Below are positions 48,885-59,000 of a DNA stretch of 64,000 bases, piece by piece. The stretch is from the NCBI GenBank assembly GCA_019057795.1, contig JAHLWS010000082.1:125716-189715 (forward strand). The letters run 5' to 3'. Each line of letters opens with the position of its first letter. The stretch's first letter is position 1. Under the pieces are notes generated by a model, which saw only the letters and a list, made by a program, of their open reading frames with translations, made no database searches and had not been told where the DNA came from. Source of the DNA: Promethearchaeota archaeon. GTDB taxonomy: Archaea; Asgardarchaeota; Lokiarchaeia; Sigyniarchaeales; SOKP01. The position numbers and the translations under genes were made by a program.

Positions 48885-51489
48885 AATCTCTTTTCCGTCG
48901 GGAAAAATCCCTATATCAACGTTAGAAAGGTATTCTTATTGCAAAAAACAAGGGATTCTCTCGATAAGAAAGAAAGAAATAAGAAAAAAAGACACAAAAA
49001 AAAAAGTTATAGGACGAATCCTTCACGAAGTTTTTAAGAATTTTCACGAAGAATGGACAGATATTATGTATAGCCGCCGTGAAAAACGATGTGGTATTAA
49101 CCGTTTAAAATTAATCCTCGAAGCAGCTGTGGACCAAGCAAGGGTAACAATGGAAAGCGATCCATCGTATTTGGCCTATGAAGCTCCACTCAATAAAGGT
49201 TTTAAGAGGATGATGGAGGGTCGGAACGGATTTGTGTCTCAAATTAGCAACGCTGCCAGAAAACTCGCAAAAAATAATGATCTTTTTAGATCTGATGAAC
49301 TACCTCGAACTTATTTCAAAGGAGAGCCGAAGTTTGAATGGGATGTAGGATTAGAACATTCTCAGCTATACGGAAGAATCGATTGTTTGGTTGAAAAAGA
49401 ACAAGAACGCGAATTTTTTATATGGGAGTTCAAAACTGGAATTGTTCCCGACGAACCTTTTGAAGGTCACGTCTTAGAAGCGGTTGGGTATGCTGTTGTA
49501 TACGAACAAGAAAGCGAAATGAAGTGTATAGGACTAAAAATCCTTTATTACGGCGAAAAGGAATTTAATATAGCGTTCACCGATTTCCATAGGGATAAAG
49601 TTAATTCCCAAATCCAAGAACTGTTTGATTACGAAGAAAAAGGAGATATTCCTCACGTTTTAATGGGTAGTAAATGTAATGAATGCGATTTTTATGATGA
49701 TTGCGTTAAGGAAAGCAAAGTTATACAATTGTCTGGAGCAGAAGAAGACATCTCCGAAACAATCGATTCGGATTTAGATTTGGAGAAAGAAGAACAAGAA
49801 TTAGAAAGTTTTGAAGAGACGGTAACTGAATCCGGTGAAATAGAAAAAACAACTCCAACACCAATACAAAAAGAAGTGAAATCAACAACAACTAAGAATG
49901 ATAAACAAGCTATTTCTACTCCAAAAATGTTAGCAGATAAGGAATTTGTTCCTAAAGAAGCTATTGGGATCGTCATACAATCGGAACAACGCGGATACTT
50001 GTTATCTACAGAAAAGAGCAATCTGCTCTCAGGTGCGATAAAGCAAGAATTTCAAAGGAAGTTGTATCCTGGTCAGGTTCTGATAACAGCGAACGAGAAA
50101 ATAAAAGAAATGCCATCTGCCATCGTAGAAGTGAAAGAAATAAAATCCTTTCCTAAGACGCTCTCCGCCCCGTTTCGCAAGATTGAAATGTTCAATATTT
50201 TGATCGAGACTTCTCCTTTTATGTATTACGAAAATCAGCGGTATTCAAAAGTTTTGTTTCCAGCTAATTTTTCCAGTCATTATTTTAGACTTCCTTCTAA
50301 ACCAGAATTGATGAGAATCATGAATTTGTTTGGTGAGGGGATCAATTTAGGATTAGTCACTTACGAAATGTTAGAAAATGAATTACCCGACATGGAACTT
50401 ATTTATAAATACCCGTTCTCGTTTAAGGAAACGGGGTATAAAGGGATATTTGTTGTTGGTTCTCCTGGAAAGGGAAAGACTAATTTATTAAAAATTCTAA
50501 TCAATGGCATATCGCAATATGTCGGAACAAGAGATGGACTGCCTCCAGCTGTTATAGTATTAGATATCACAGGGCAATTTGGTCAGCTTGATAAGCCCAC
50601 TAAATATGCTACAACCTTTGACGAGGAACTTTGGAAATTATTGGATATGAAAATAGTGAATAAATTAAAAGTATTTAAGATTATACATGATTGTGGCGAT
50701 GGAACGCACACACTATCGTTAAACGCCATAGATCCCGAACTAATTAGTTTATTGTTTCCAGAGTTGCCCCCCACTTCTTCCACGAATTTTAAACGGATGG
50801 TTAAGATGATATTCAAGGATTATCCCGCAGTCAATTATGAGAATTTTGCTAACAAAATTAACGAAATCATACGACGAGAAAGCAGCACGCTAAACTCTCA
50901 AGTTGCTAAGGCAATACAAGGGGCAATAACTAATGGACCCATTGATATTTTTGATCAAGGAGGTAAAGTATTACAAGTAAAGGATATTTTAGTACCTGGT
51001 CAAGTATCTGTCATCCAAATCGATCACATTGTCGATAAAATGCCGGTTTTATTATATTTACTTTTGATGATTAACAGAAAGAAGATTTACGAAAACGATC
51101 AAACACCCGTTATAATGGTACTAGACGAAGCTCACGAGCTATTTCCAAAAAGTGCTAATCCCGGAGAAAAAGAATATTTGCGACGGGTTTCCCAGAGTTT
51201 AATTCGAATCGCTCGACGCGGAAGGAAAAAGCACTTTGGTTTAATTTTTGCATCTCAACAACCCCACGACATAATACCTGAAATTATTGGAGTGTTCCAA
51301 ACTAAAATTATTATGGGTTTAGAAGCAACTTCAGGGAATTGGATAAAAGATACGCTTGGTAGAGAATATGTGACTTTGATATTTAGTCTTGGTCAAGGAT
51401 ATGCTCGAATTTGGAACGCAGAACTCCATAAGGGGACGTTAGTTCCGTTATTTATCCCAAAAGCACCTAATAAACACGAAGAGGATTAG
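48868..51489 (+). CDS. Cas4-like Fe-S PD-(D/E)xK nuclease fused to HerA/DUF87 ATPase
   Basis: YSYC..., GRILH, GRID, EFKTG, CNECDFYDDC; acidic linker; GSPGKGKT, LDEAH, RRGRK..ASQQP. Confidence 0.85.
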   Translation: MKMGAEISFPSGKIPISTLERYSYCKKQGILSIRKKEIRKKDTKKKVIGRILHEVFKNFHEEWTDIMYSRREKRCGINRLKLILEAAVDQARVTMESDPSYLAYEAPLNKGFKRMMEGRNGFVSQISNAARKLAKNNDLFRSDELPRTYFKGEPKFEWDVGLEHSQLYGRIDCLVEKEQEREFFIWEFKTGIVPDEPFEGHVLEAVGYAVVYEQESEMKCIGLKILYYGEKEFNIAFTDFHRDKVNSQIQELFDYEEKGDIPHVLMGSKCNECDFYDDCVKESKVIQLSGAEEDISETIDSDLDLEKEEQELESFEETVTESGEIEKTTPTPIQKEVKSTTTKNDKQAISTPKMLADKEFVPKEAIGIVIQSEQRGYLLSTEKSNLLSGAIKQEFQRKLYPGQVLITANEKIKEMPSAIVEVKEIKSFPKTLSAPFRKIEMFNILIETSPFMYYENQRYSKVLFPANFSSHYFRLPSKPELMRIMNLFGEGINLGLVTYEMLENELPDMELIYKYPFSFKETGYKGIFVVGSPGKGKTNLLKILINGISQYVGTRDGLPPAVIVLDITGQFGQLDKPTKYATTFDEELWKLLDMKIVNKLKVFKIIHDCGDGTHTLSLNAIDPELISLLFPELPPTSSTNFKRMVKMIFKDYPAVNYENFANKINEIIRRESSTLNSQVAKAIQGAITNGPIDIFDQGGKVLQVKDILVPGQVSVIQIDHIVDKMPVLLYLLLMINRKKIYENDQTPVIMVLDEAHELFPKSANPGEKEYLRRVSQSLIRIARRGRKKHFGLIFASQQPHDIIPEIIGVFQTKIIMGLEATSGNWIKDTLGREYVTLIFSLGQGYARIWNAELHKGTLVPLFIPKAPNKHEED

Positions 51490-51503
51490 GGGAGCGACTA
51501 TAT

Positions 51504-52880
51504 ATGTTAAAATTCCTGCCGCTCGGAGGAGGGAACGATATAGGAGCAAGCTCGTATCTCGTGCAGATCAATCGATTCAACTTCTTATTGGACGCAGGAT
51601 TAAGACCAAGGAGCTTTAAAAATACGCCTAAATACATTAAAATGTTTGAATTAATCGAGGATTGGTCCCAAATCGATGCGGTCTTTATAAGCCACCCCCA
51701 CCTCGATCATGTGGGCTCTCTACCTAAAGTGTTTGAAGCCAATCCAAAAGTCCCTATTTTTGTTCCTGAACAAAGTTTACCATTAATAGAAGTGCAGATA
51801 TATGGATCTTTAACTTACCAAAAGCGAATCAAGAAATACGCCGAAGATTATCTAGGAGTAGAATATTCAATCGACTTAGTATCGAATTGTCTATCAAACA
51901 TAAAAGAAATCGCATATAATAAGTTAACAAAAATAAAAAAGACCAATGTAACCTTTGAATTTTGGCCCGCAGGACATATTTTAGGGTCAGCGAGCATATT
52001 TATTAAAACGAGAAAGGGCAGCCTTGTATATACGGGAGACGTTTCTACCCATGAAAGGCCCTCAATTCCCGATCTATCTTATCCTTCTCGAAAGGTGGAT
52101 CTATTGATTATGGAAAGCACTTATTTAAGTTCCAATCACGAGATATCACCGCAAGAAGGGTTCGATCAATTATATTTAAAAGTAAAGGACATTACCGAAA
52201 AGGGAAACCACGTTCTGATCCCCAGTTTTGCTTTAGGTAAGGCTCAAGACATTATCAAGATGTTTATCGAGCGTAATAAAGCAGAAGATAATCCCGTTCC
52301 CATTTATTTAGACGGTTTGGTAAAGAAAATTACTCGGATTTATAGCAAAGTGTTAGGTGAATCCCTGTTTTTTAGCTTGAAGGACGGTTCGTGCAACTTT
52401 ATTTCGGGTATACATAATGATGTGAATGAATATAAAAAGTTTTTAGAGCGTCATCCAGGGATAGCTATTATTTCAAGTTCTGGTATGCTCCTAGATGGGA
52501 GCAAGTCCGCTCGATGGGCAGAGGCCATCCTCCCATACGAGGGAAACGGTTTATTCTTTACTGGTTATCTCGACGAAGAATCTCCAGGAGCGAAGCTATT
52601 AAAGTGCGTCTCCGAAAAAGTAATATCTCTTAACGGTGAAATTATCCCACTTAACGCACATATAGATAGATTCTATATTAGTACTCATTCTTCTGCGTCT
52701 GAATTGGCTAATCTCGTTGAGATGGTAAAGCCTAAAGCCGTCGTGTTAGTACACGGAAATAATCCGGCGCAAAAAATTGCAGAATTTCAACAAGCATGTG
52801 AGAGAAAAATTAACAGAAAATTACCAATTATAAAATCTATAAATGAAGAAATGATAGAATTAGGTGAAATGTTTGAGTGA
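51504..52880 (+). CDS. MBL-fold beta-CASP nuclease (CPSF73/aCPSF-like)
   Basis: LGGGNDIGAS, SHPHLDH, AGHILGSA, TGD, ESTY, SSGML, STH, LVHG. Confidence 0.9.
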   Translation: MLKFLPLGGGNDIGASSYLVQINRFNFLLDAGLRPRSFKNTPKYIKMFELIEDWSQIDAVFISHPHLDHVGSLPKVFEANPKVPIFVPEQSLPLIEVQIYGSLTYQKRIKKYAEDYLGVEYSIDLVSNCLSNIKEIAYNKLTKIKKTNVTFEFWPAGHILGSASIFIKTRKGSLVYTGDVSTHERPSIPDLSYPSRKVDLLIMESTYLSSNHEISPQEGFDQLYLKVKDITEKGNHVLIPSFALGKAQDIIKMFIERNKAEDNPVPIYLDGLVKKITRIYSKVLGESLFFSLKDGSCNFISGIHNDVNEYKKFLERHPGIAIISSSGMLLDGSKSARWAEAILPYEGNGLFFTGYLDEESPGAKLLKCVSEKVISLNGEIIPLNAHIDRFYISTHSSASELANLVEMVKPKAVVLVHGNNPAQKIAEFQQACERKINRKLPIIKSINEEMIELGEMFE

Positions 52881-54051
52881 AGAGCTATTAAACCTTGTTT
52901 ATGAATTGAACGCTAAATGCCTTCAAAAATTAGAAGATTTAGACGAAGAGACTAAAGATAAAAATAACCATGAATACATTATCATGAGAAATTATGTCCA
53001 GAAAAAAGATTTTTATCCTAAAGATTTGACAAAAGCTATTAATCAACCGCAAAGAGTCGTCCTTAATATGGTTCGAGATATAGGCTTTATCCATTTTAAG
53101 AATAGACGATTATATGTCCAGAGGAAATATTTAGATTGGATACGATTGGTGGTCAAGGATGTCATCATTTTCTTTAACTATCCAATAAACAAAAAAATGA
53201 ACCGGGGTATCGATTATGTTAATTCATTTATGAAAAAGAAGCAACAAATCAAAAATTATAAAATAATACTATTAAACGCCTTCGAGTCGGAAGGACTTTT
53301 ATTATTCCCGATTGAGTTACTAAACGAAATGAAGGTGATACTTAAAAACGCAAGTTGGGGTGTGTGTATGTATTATTTTAAAGAATTATACGAAATTTAT
53401 CTTAAAATGTACCCAGAACTCGATTACCAAAGTGTACAATCAGACGATATGGATCTTTCTGAACCAGATGAAACTGATACTGAAGAAGTACTTGATGACA
53501 ATGCAGAACAACTTGAAGCTGAAATTTCCATTAATCCAAGAGATTTGATGGAACAAAATCAGAAACTAAATAACGAACTTAGCGAATCTAGAGCGGTGTG
53601 CGATTTTCTTACTATGCAATACGACGATCTAATGGTATCAATGGATAACTTGAAGAAGGTTTCGACCGAGCAAGATTTTAGAAAAGTGTTTTTGGCGTTT
53701 AATTCTATTGAAAATAACAATGTGCTGGACGCTTTCTTTATCGCTAAATCAACTTTAGATACATTAAAAAGTTCCGGTTGGGAGCCCTTTCCACCTGAAC
53801 TTAAATCAATATTGTATATTTTTGATCTTTTTGCAGAATTCTTTAATAGACAAGCCCTTATCACTAATTATAAGTTAGGAGAAGAGGTATTAATAACCAT
53901 AGAAAACATCTCTAATTTTGAATATAAGGGTCAAGAATTAAAAAAAGGAATGGAAGTGCTAGCAAGAGTGCGATCCCCAGCTTGGTATTATCAGGGAAGA
54001 TTGATTTCAAAAGCGAGCGTTTTAGAAATTAAAGGTGGAGGAAAAGAATAA
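52864..54051 (+). CDS. Coiled-coil protein with GrpE-like C-terminus
   Basis: Acidic linker, long coiled coil, terminal VRSPAWYYQGRLISKASV comparable to the GrpE beta domain; directly before Hsp70. Confidence 0.55.
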   Translation: MKCLSEELLNLVYELNAKCLQKLEDLDEETKDKNNHEYIIMRNYVQKKDFYPKDLTKAINQPQRVVLNMVRDIGFIHFKNRRLYVQRKYLDWIRLVVKDVIIFFNYPINKKMNRGIDYVNSFMKKKQQIKNYKIILLNAFESEGLLLFPIELLNEMKVILKNASWGVCMYYFKELYEIYLKMYPELDYQSVQSDDMDLSEPDETDTEEVLDDNAEQLEAEISINPRDLMEQNQKLNNELSESRAVCDFLTMQYDDLMVSMDNLKKVSTEQDFRKVFLAFNSIENNNVLDAFFIAKSTLDTLKSSGWEPFPPELKSILYIFDLFAEFFNRQALITNYKLGEEVLITIENISNFEYKGQELKKGMEVLARVRSPAWYYQGRLISKASVLEIKGGGKE

Positions 54052-54052
54052 A

Positions 54053-56770
54053 ATGGCAGATACGACAAGAGAGTTTTATCTAGGAATCGACTTAGGTACC
54101 ACCAATTCCTCCATAGCTTGGGGGAGTGTTGGAAAAAATGGAATCTTTAAACCACGGATGGTAGACATGCAATTACCAATGGCAGACGGTTCTTGGGAAG
54201 CGAAGCAACTCTTACCTTCGTTTTTTTATTTACCGAAAGATCAAAAAGATCATGAAGTCGGGTATAAAGCCAAACAAATGTTAAAGACACAACCAGGAAG
54301 AGTAATTCGATCAATCAAGACCAAAATGGGACAGGATTGGAAAAAAACTATAGACGAGAAAGAATTTACACCTGAGGATATTTCTTCTTATATCTTGAAA
54401 CAATTGCTTATTGGAATAAAAAGAACTTTTCGAACAACTATAAACGATATTGTTGTTACGGTTCCAGCGTCTTTTGATAGTGAAATGAGAAGCGCTACGT
54501 TAGAGGCCGCGAGAAAAGCGGGAATAAAGGTTAAGAACGACAATGGGTCTCCAAGAAACATCCTATTGGACGAGCCGAGGGCGTGTCTCTATGATTTTGT
54601 TAATCGGCAAAAACAAGGAGAAATCCCCGACCACATAATAGATTTTTCAACAAAAAAACGCATTTTAGTGTATGATTTGGGAGGAGGGACGTTAGATGTA
54701 TCTTTACATGAAGTAAATTTTGAATCCCCAGAACATCCCTTAGTAAATATTGAAGATATCGCCATATCAAGGTATACGGACATCGGAGGAGATAATTTTG
54801 ACGAAAAACTTACAGATTATTTGTTTCAGAGATATTGTGAGGAATTTAAGTTAAAACTGCAAGACTATTCCGATATTGAAATCGAATGCGCTAAGATGTC
54901 TCTTTTTTATTATGTGGAGTCTTTTAAGCGAATGATTACTAACGACGCTTTACGAAGAGAAGAGATGTTTGAAGATTACGAGCCGGAAGATGTGCGTCAA
55001 TCAATAATGGCTGGATATTTGTTAGAGCAACATCCATTAAGCGTTGAATTATCTCTAAAGGAATACGAGGAGATCATGGAAGAATTTTTAGCAAAAGACA
55101 TTAAATATCCCACTACATCGAATATCGGAGAAAGAATTGGCGAAAGAAACTTGATTTCACCTGTATTAGATGTTTTAAATAAAGCGTTTAAAAAATTAAA
55201 TAGGATTGTGAAACCCGATTTAATATTACTCTCAGGAGGGATGACGAAATTGCCTATGGTTCGTAAACGATTGTCCGCTTTTTTTGGCATGGAACCTCAA
55301 ACCATTCCCGATCCAGATAAAGCTGTCTCTAGAGGGGCTGCAATTTACCATTACTACTTACATCAAGGTTACCGACCTACTGCAATATTAGCCGAATCAA
55401 TCATTCTTGAGATGAAAGACCACAAAATGCTAGAACTTGTCCCCTCAGGCGTTTCTTTACCTTACGAAGAAGAGTTTATCTTTAAAATTGGAGGCAAGAA
55501 ATACGTAGATATTCCGTTATATCGAACAGATTCATCGCACCCACTTGCGCAGCCTAGATTTAGTCTTTCTAAACTTTATCCTTCTAAAACAAGAATAAAA
55601 GCAAAAATAAATGTCAATTTACTTAAAGTAATGGAATTCCAAGCGTGGGTGAAAGAATTTCCCTCAGACAAAATTACTATTACAATTGACTTCAACAAAG
55701 ACACAGAGCAGAAAAAGACTGGTGTTGAAGTAAAGCAGCGCATCGAACCTTTCGTGGAAGAAAAAATTGAAGAATCACGACAGTTCACAAAAGAAAAAGA
55801 AAGCGATTCTCGTGTAGTGCAATATAACGAACTCGTAGAGTTTTTCCATTCGATTCCTTATACTAATAAACCTAATTATGCTAAACTTACAGAGGTAGAA
55901 ATCGTTAACTCAAGGAATATTGATCGAGTTGTCAAAGGGCTGCTTAAAATACAGAGAAAAACTCACCATAAAATAAGGGAAAAAATTATTTTGTTACTTG
56001 GAGATATTGTTTCAGAACCTCGAGTCCACGAAAATTATCCTAATGTTATCTATGGCGTTAACCAAAACATGGTTCGCTATGTGGATATGATACAAAATTT
56101 GGATAATCCAAACTCCAAAGAAATTAATATTTCAGTAAGATACGCGATTGAAACAATAGGAAAAACAAAGACCGTAGACCTACAAAGAAACATTATAACT
56201 TCCTTAATTTCTTGGGTAAAAGAACCAATCTTTCATAAAATTAGAAGTGCGATACTCACTAGCTTGGGAAAAATGCCACCTGATAACGAAATATTGGCTT
56301 TTCTGGTAGAATTTATATCAAAACCTCAGAAAAAGAACACTCTTATTCCTTCTTTATGGGCGTTAGGGAAACAAGGATCGAGAGATTTAACAAATCCTAT
56401 CATTATAGACTATATGGGGAATGTACACGAAACTATCTTACAAAAAATGGATTCTACAGTAGATTTTGAGATCATTCAATACATTTCCTACACACTGCTT
56501 GAAATATGCAAAATAAATCCAAATCATCCAGAAAATTGCGTTAGCAAAGACGCTCGAGCCGGAGTAATACAAAGAATGGAGAGTAAACTTATAAATCTCG
56601 AGAAACCCTTTAAAAATAAAAAGTTTAGCCACTTAGACAAGAAATTAAAAGACTGGGGTCGTTTTTTATCAACTCAGAGGTGGATTAATCTAACAATTCA
56701 AGCGTTAAAAGGATTAGAGTTTTCAGACGAAGACATCGAACTCTTAGACGGTTTTAGAAGAAATAAATAA
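54053..56770 (+). CDS. Atypical Hsp70/DnaK-family protein with C-terminal HEAT/ARM-like repeats
   Basis: GIDLGTTNS, TVPASF, DEP, DLGGGTLD, GGDNFD, SGGMTKLP, AVSRGAA; C-terminal AIETIGK/ILTSLGK/LWALGK helical repeats; ATG 54053 after GGAGG. Confidence 0.88.
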   Translation: MADTTREFYLGIDLGTTNSSIAWGSVGKNGIFKPRMVDMQLPMADGSWEAKQLLPSFFYLPKDQKDHEVGYKAKQMLKTQPGRVIRSIKTKMGQDWKKTIDEKEFTPEDISSYILKQLLIGIKRTFRTTINDIVVTVPASFDSEMRSATLEAARKAGIKVKNDNGSPRNILLDEPRACLYDFVNRQKQGEIPDHIIDFSTKKRILVYDLGGGTLDVSLHEVNFESPEHPLVNIEDIAISRYTDIGGDNFDEKLTDYLFQRYCEEFKLKLQDYSDIEIECAKMSLFYYVESFKRMITNDALRREEMFEDYEPEDVRQSIMAGYLLEQHPLSVELSLKEYEEIMEEFLAKDIKYPTTSNIGERIGERNLISPVLDVLNKAFKKLNRIVKPDLILLSGGMTKLPMVRKRLSAFFGMEPQTIPDPDKAVSRGAAIYHYYLHQGYRPTAILAESIILEMKDHKMLELVPSGVSLPYEEEFIFKIGGKKYVDIPLYRTDSSHPLAQPRFSLSKLYPSKTRIKAKINVNLLKVMEFQAWVKEFPSDKITITIDFNKDTEQKKTGVEVKQRIEPFVEEKIEESRQFTKEKESDSRVVQYNELVEFFHSIPYTNKPNYAKLTEVEIVNSRNIDRVVKGLLKIQRKTHHKIREKIILLLGDIVSEPRVHENYPNVIYGVNQNMVRYVDMIQNLDNPNSKEINISVRYAIETIGKTKTVDLQRNIITSLISWVKEPIFHKIRSAILTSLGKMPPDNEILAFLVEFISKPQKKNTLIPSLWALGKQGSRDLTNPIIIDYMGNVHETILQKMDSTVDFEIIQYISYTLLEICKINPNHPENCVSKDARAGVIQRMESKLINLEKPFKNKKFSHLDKKLKDWGRFLSTQRWINLTIQALKGLEFSDEDIELLDGFRRNK

Positions 56771-56988
56771 CACTATGATAGTAAAATTCTTATCTTCACT
56801 TCTTATATTTTTTGTCTTCCATTCAATCTTAAAAGATTTATTATTATTATTTGCTTTGTCTTTCCCGAAAATTTATGACTCTTTTAGGATATAAATCTCA
56901 TAATTTAATTTCTCATTTTGATGAATAATAACAATAATATAAAAGCCTCATCGCTAATAATGGCACGAACGAATCAATCTCTTTTTTT

Positions 56989-57213
56989 TTATCTAAAAAT
57001 CCTGAAGTATTTAATCCCAGTGTTAAGCCCACACACAGCCAAAAGTACGATGGACGCGACAATGACGCCAATCATCTTAGATCGATACCGCTGACCGCCC
57101 CAAATTAGGCAAATCATCCCAATTAAGAACCCAAATAAGCCCATAATCGAACCAAGTGCGATTAAATACTCAACTCCTCCTAAAACCTCTTCGAAATAAT
57201 CGAATACTACCAT
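56989..57213 (-). CDS. Small two-TM membrane protein (pilin/VirB2-like size and topology)
   Basis: Two hydrophobic segments separated by the basic loop GGQRYRSK. Confidence 0.5.
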   Translation of the reverse strand: MVVFDYFEEVLGGVEYLIALGSIMGLFGFLIGMICLIWGGQRYRSKMIGVIVASIVLLAVCGLNTGIKYFRIFR

Positions 57214-57237
57214 AATGAATAGATTTAAAAACAGGAA

Positions 57238-57292
57238 TATTTAAAAGAAAAATTATTATTAATTTTTAAGTTGAGTTTCGGGATATTGGTAA
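57238..57292 (+). repeat. Direct repeat copy 1 (~55 bp)
   Basis: TATTTAAAAGAAAAATTATTATTAA..TTAAGTTGAGTTTCGGGATATTGGTAA; matches 60072-60127. Confidence 0.85.
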
Positions 57293-57433
57293 CTTTTTTT
57301 TTGTTGTTTAAGCGAAATACTATTTGTTTTATTTAAAGGAAAAAACCTAAAAAATAATTGAACTACCTACCCCTAAAGGAGCCGGATTCTGCTTTAATAA
57401 TGGTAAAAGTAAAAAAATAAAAAAAAAAAGAAG

Positions 57434-57814
57434 TTATTTGAAGCTCTTTTCGTAATTACTTAGCCACGACTTAATCGACTCTATTGTTTTGGAATAATCG
57501 ACTACTCTGGTGTTGCCACTTGCGGTCATAGAGCCGGACACTGTTCTCTCGTTGTACATGCCTGGAATCGCTTGATATGTGGCTCGGTTACCTTGTTTTT
57601 CTGCTTCTTTCGCGATATCTACTCCTAAATCGCGCAACGCTTTAGAGGGGAAAGCTCCGCAAGGAGCAACGATCTCTGCGAATAATTCGGCTGCTTGAAC
57701 CCACGCGGGATCTTGGTATTCGTTTAAAGGTGTTTCTAATAATTCTCTAATTTTTAGAGCTATATGGTTGGAAATACCTCCTCGTACGTCAAATTTATGA
57801 TCGTCACCTGCCAT
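57434..57814 (-). CDS. Hypothetical protein
   Basis: ORF track; likely start MAGDDHK at 57814. Confidence 0.6.
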   Translation of the reverse strand: MAGDDHKFDVRGGISNHIALKIRELLETPLNEYQDPAWVQAAELFAEIVAPCGAFPSKALRDLGVDIAKEAEKQGNRATYQAIPGMYNERTVSGSMTASGNTRVVDYSKTIESIKSWLSNYEKSFK

Positions 57815-58050
57815 ATTTTTGTTGCCTCGTTTTATACTGGTAATTATATTTATCATTCATCGTTATTAATTTTCACGTCGTAATTATTTATTCTACAATT
57901 TAATTTTATTTAAAGGAAAAAAATCTTGAAAATTACTAACTAAGAAAAAAAAATTCCAAACAACTTAAAATCAAATACTACTCGATGAGATTGTTTTTAG
58001 TATTAATTTATATTTATAAAAGTTCAATATAATAATAAGACAAAAATAAG

Positions 58051-58269
58051 ATGGAGTTAGAATTGTTGGATCCAAAAAAAGAATTTAAAATTAACGAATA
58101 TTTTAGAGCTGTATTGTATAATAGTTCGATTCGCATTAAATTTTTAAAAGAGATAAATTTAGCTCGGAATAGGAGCCATAATATAAGCAATAACTTAATC
58201 GACATCAAAAAAAAACTAAAACAAAAAGGCGTAATAATCAACTATGGACGGTGGAATCCTGTCTTTTAA
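58051..58269 (+). CDS. Small hypothetical protein
   Basis: ORF track, ATG start. Confidence 0.4.
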   Translation: MELELLDPKKEFKINEYFRAVLYNSSIRIKFLKEINLARNRSHNISNNLIDIKKKLKQKGVIINYGRWNPVF

Positions 58270-58378
58270 GATCCTTGGGGATAATTTTAAAATAATAGCG
58301 CTATCCAAAAATTTTCCTTTATATAATTAAAAAAAAAGTAGATAGTAAGATTATTTAAACGAAACTACATGAATTATA

Positions 58379-58888
58379 ATGGAACGATTAGGTAAGACCT
58401 TTCTATTGGTTATTGAACCTCTTGACTTTAGTTTGAAGGAGAATGCGTTCAACTGTAGCGAATTTGGGTTCATGTTTGGGACTGAATCATCGTGGTATCT
58501 TAACAATATATTTAAATTCTGCAGGGATTATTATAGGACTCGAATCGATCATCTAAAATCAAACGCTTTAGGTTCCTTAAAGAAAGAGATCGAAGAAAGT
58601 CTGGAACAAATTATTAATAAAGACATTAAAAACGACGAGGATTTACTTCGATTAATGGGAATATTTATTGACCTGTCTTTTTTTACCGCATATTCTCGAG
58701 ATAAAACCACCTATTTAACCGTATTTACCATGGACATTGAATCTCAACTTCTTTATTGTTGTTATGTTGGGTCTAACGAATATAAAGATCCGGAGGAGCT
58801 TTCTAAACAATTCTTTAAAAAGATAAAGAGCACTAGCTTAAATAAAAACGATGGTTCTTGTTTTGAAATCTACCAATTCCTTGATTAA
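58379..58888 (+). CDS. Hypothetical protein
   Basis: ORF track; TATA-like box upstream. Confidence 0.6.
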   Translation: MERLGKTFLLVIEPLDFSLKENAFNCSEFGFMFGTESSWYLNNIFKFCRDYYRTRIDHLKSNALGSLKKEIEESLEQIINKDIKNDEDLLRLMGIFIDLSFFTAYSRDKTTYLTVFTMDIESQLLYCCYVGSNEYKDPEELSKQFFKKIKSTSLNKNDGSCFEIYQFLD

Positions 58889-58940
58889 CTCCTTGAAGTA
58901 TGATTAGAAATTTTATTTTGGATTTAATTTAATTTAATTT

Positions 58941-58981
58941 TTGTTTTGATTTGTTTTGATTTGTTTTGGTTTTGTTTTGAT
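58941..58981. repeat. Four near-tandem copies of TTGTTTTG(A/G)T
   Basis: Seen directly at 58941, 58951, 58961 and 58972. Confidence 0.75.
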
Positions 58982-59000
58982 TCCGATTTTTGTATCTTAT

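Noticed and set aside
47719-51489. Csa3-like plus Cas4-like genes as a CRISPR-Cas locus
   Set aside because: No cas1/cas2, Cascade or Cas10 genes and no array in the window; the Cas4-like domain is fused to HerA
54053-56770. Housekeeping dnaK
   Set aside because: Divergent substrate-binding region, ~900 aa with a HEAT-like tail, no dnaJ, nuclease operon context; gene symbol withheld
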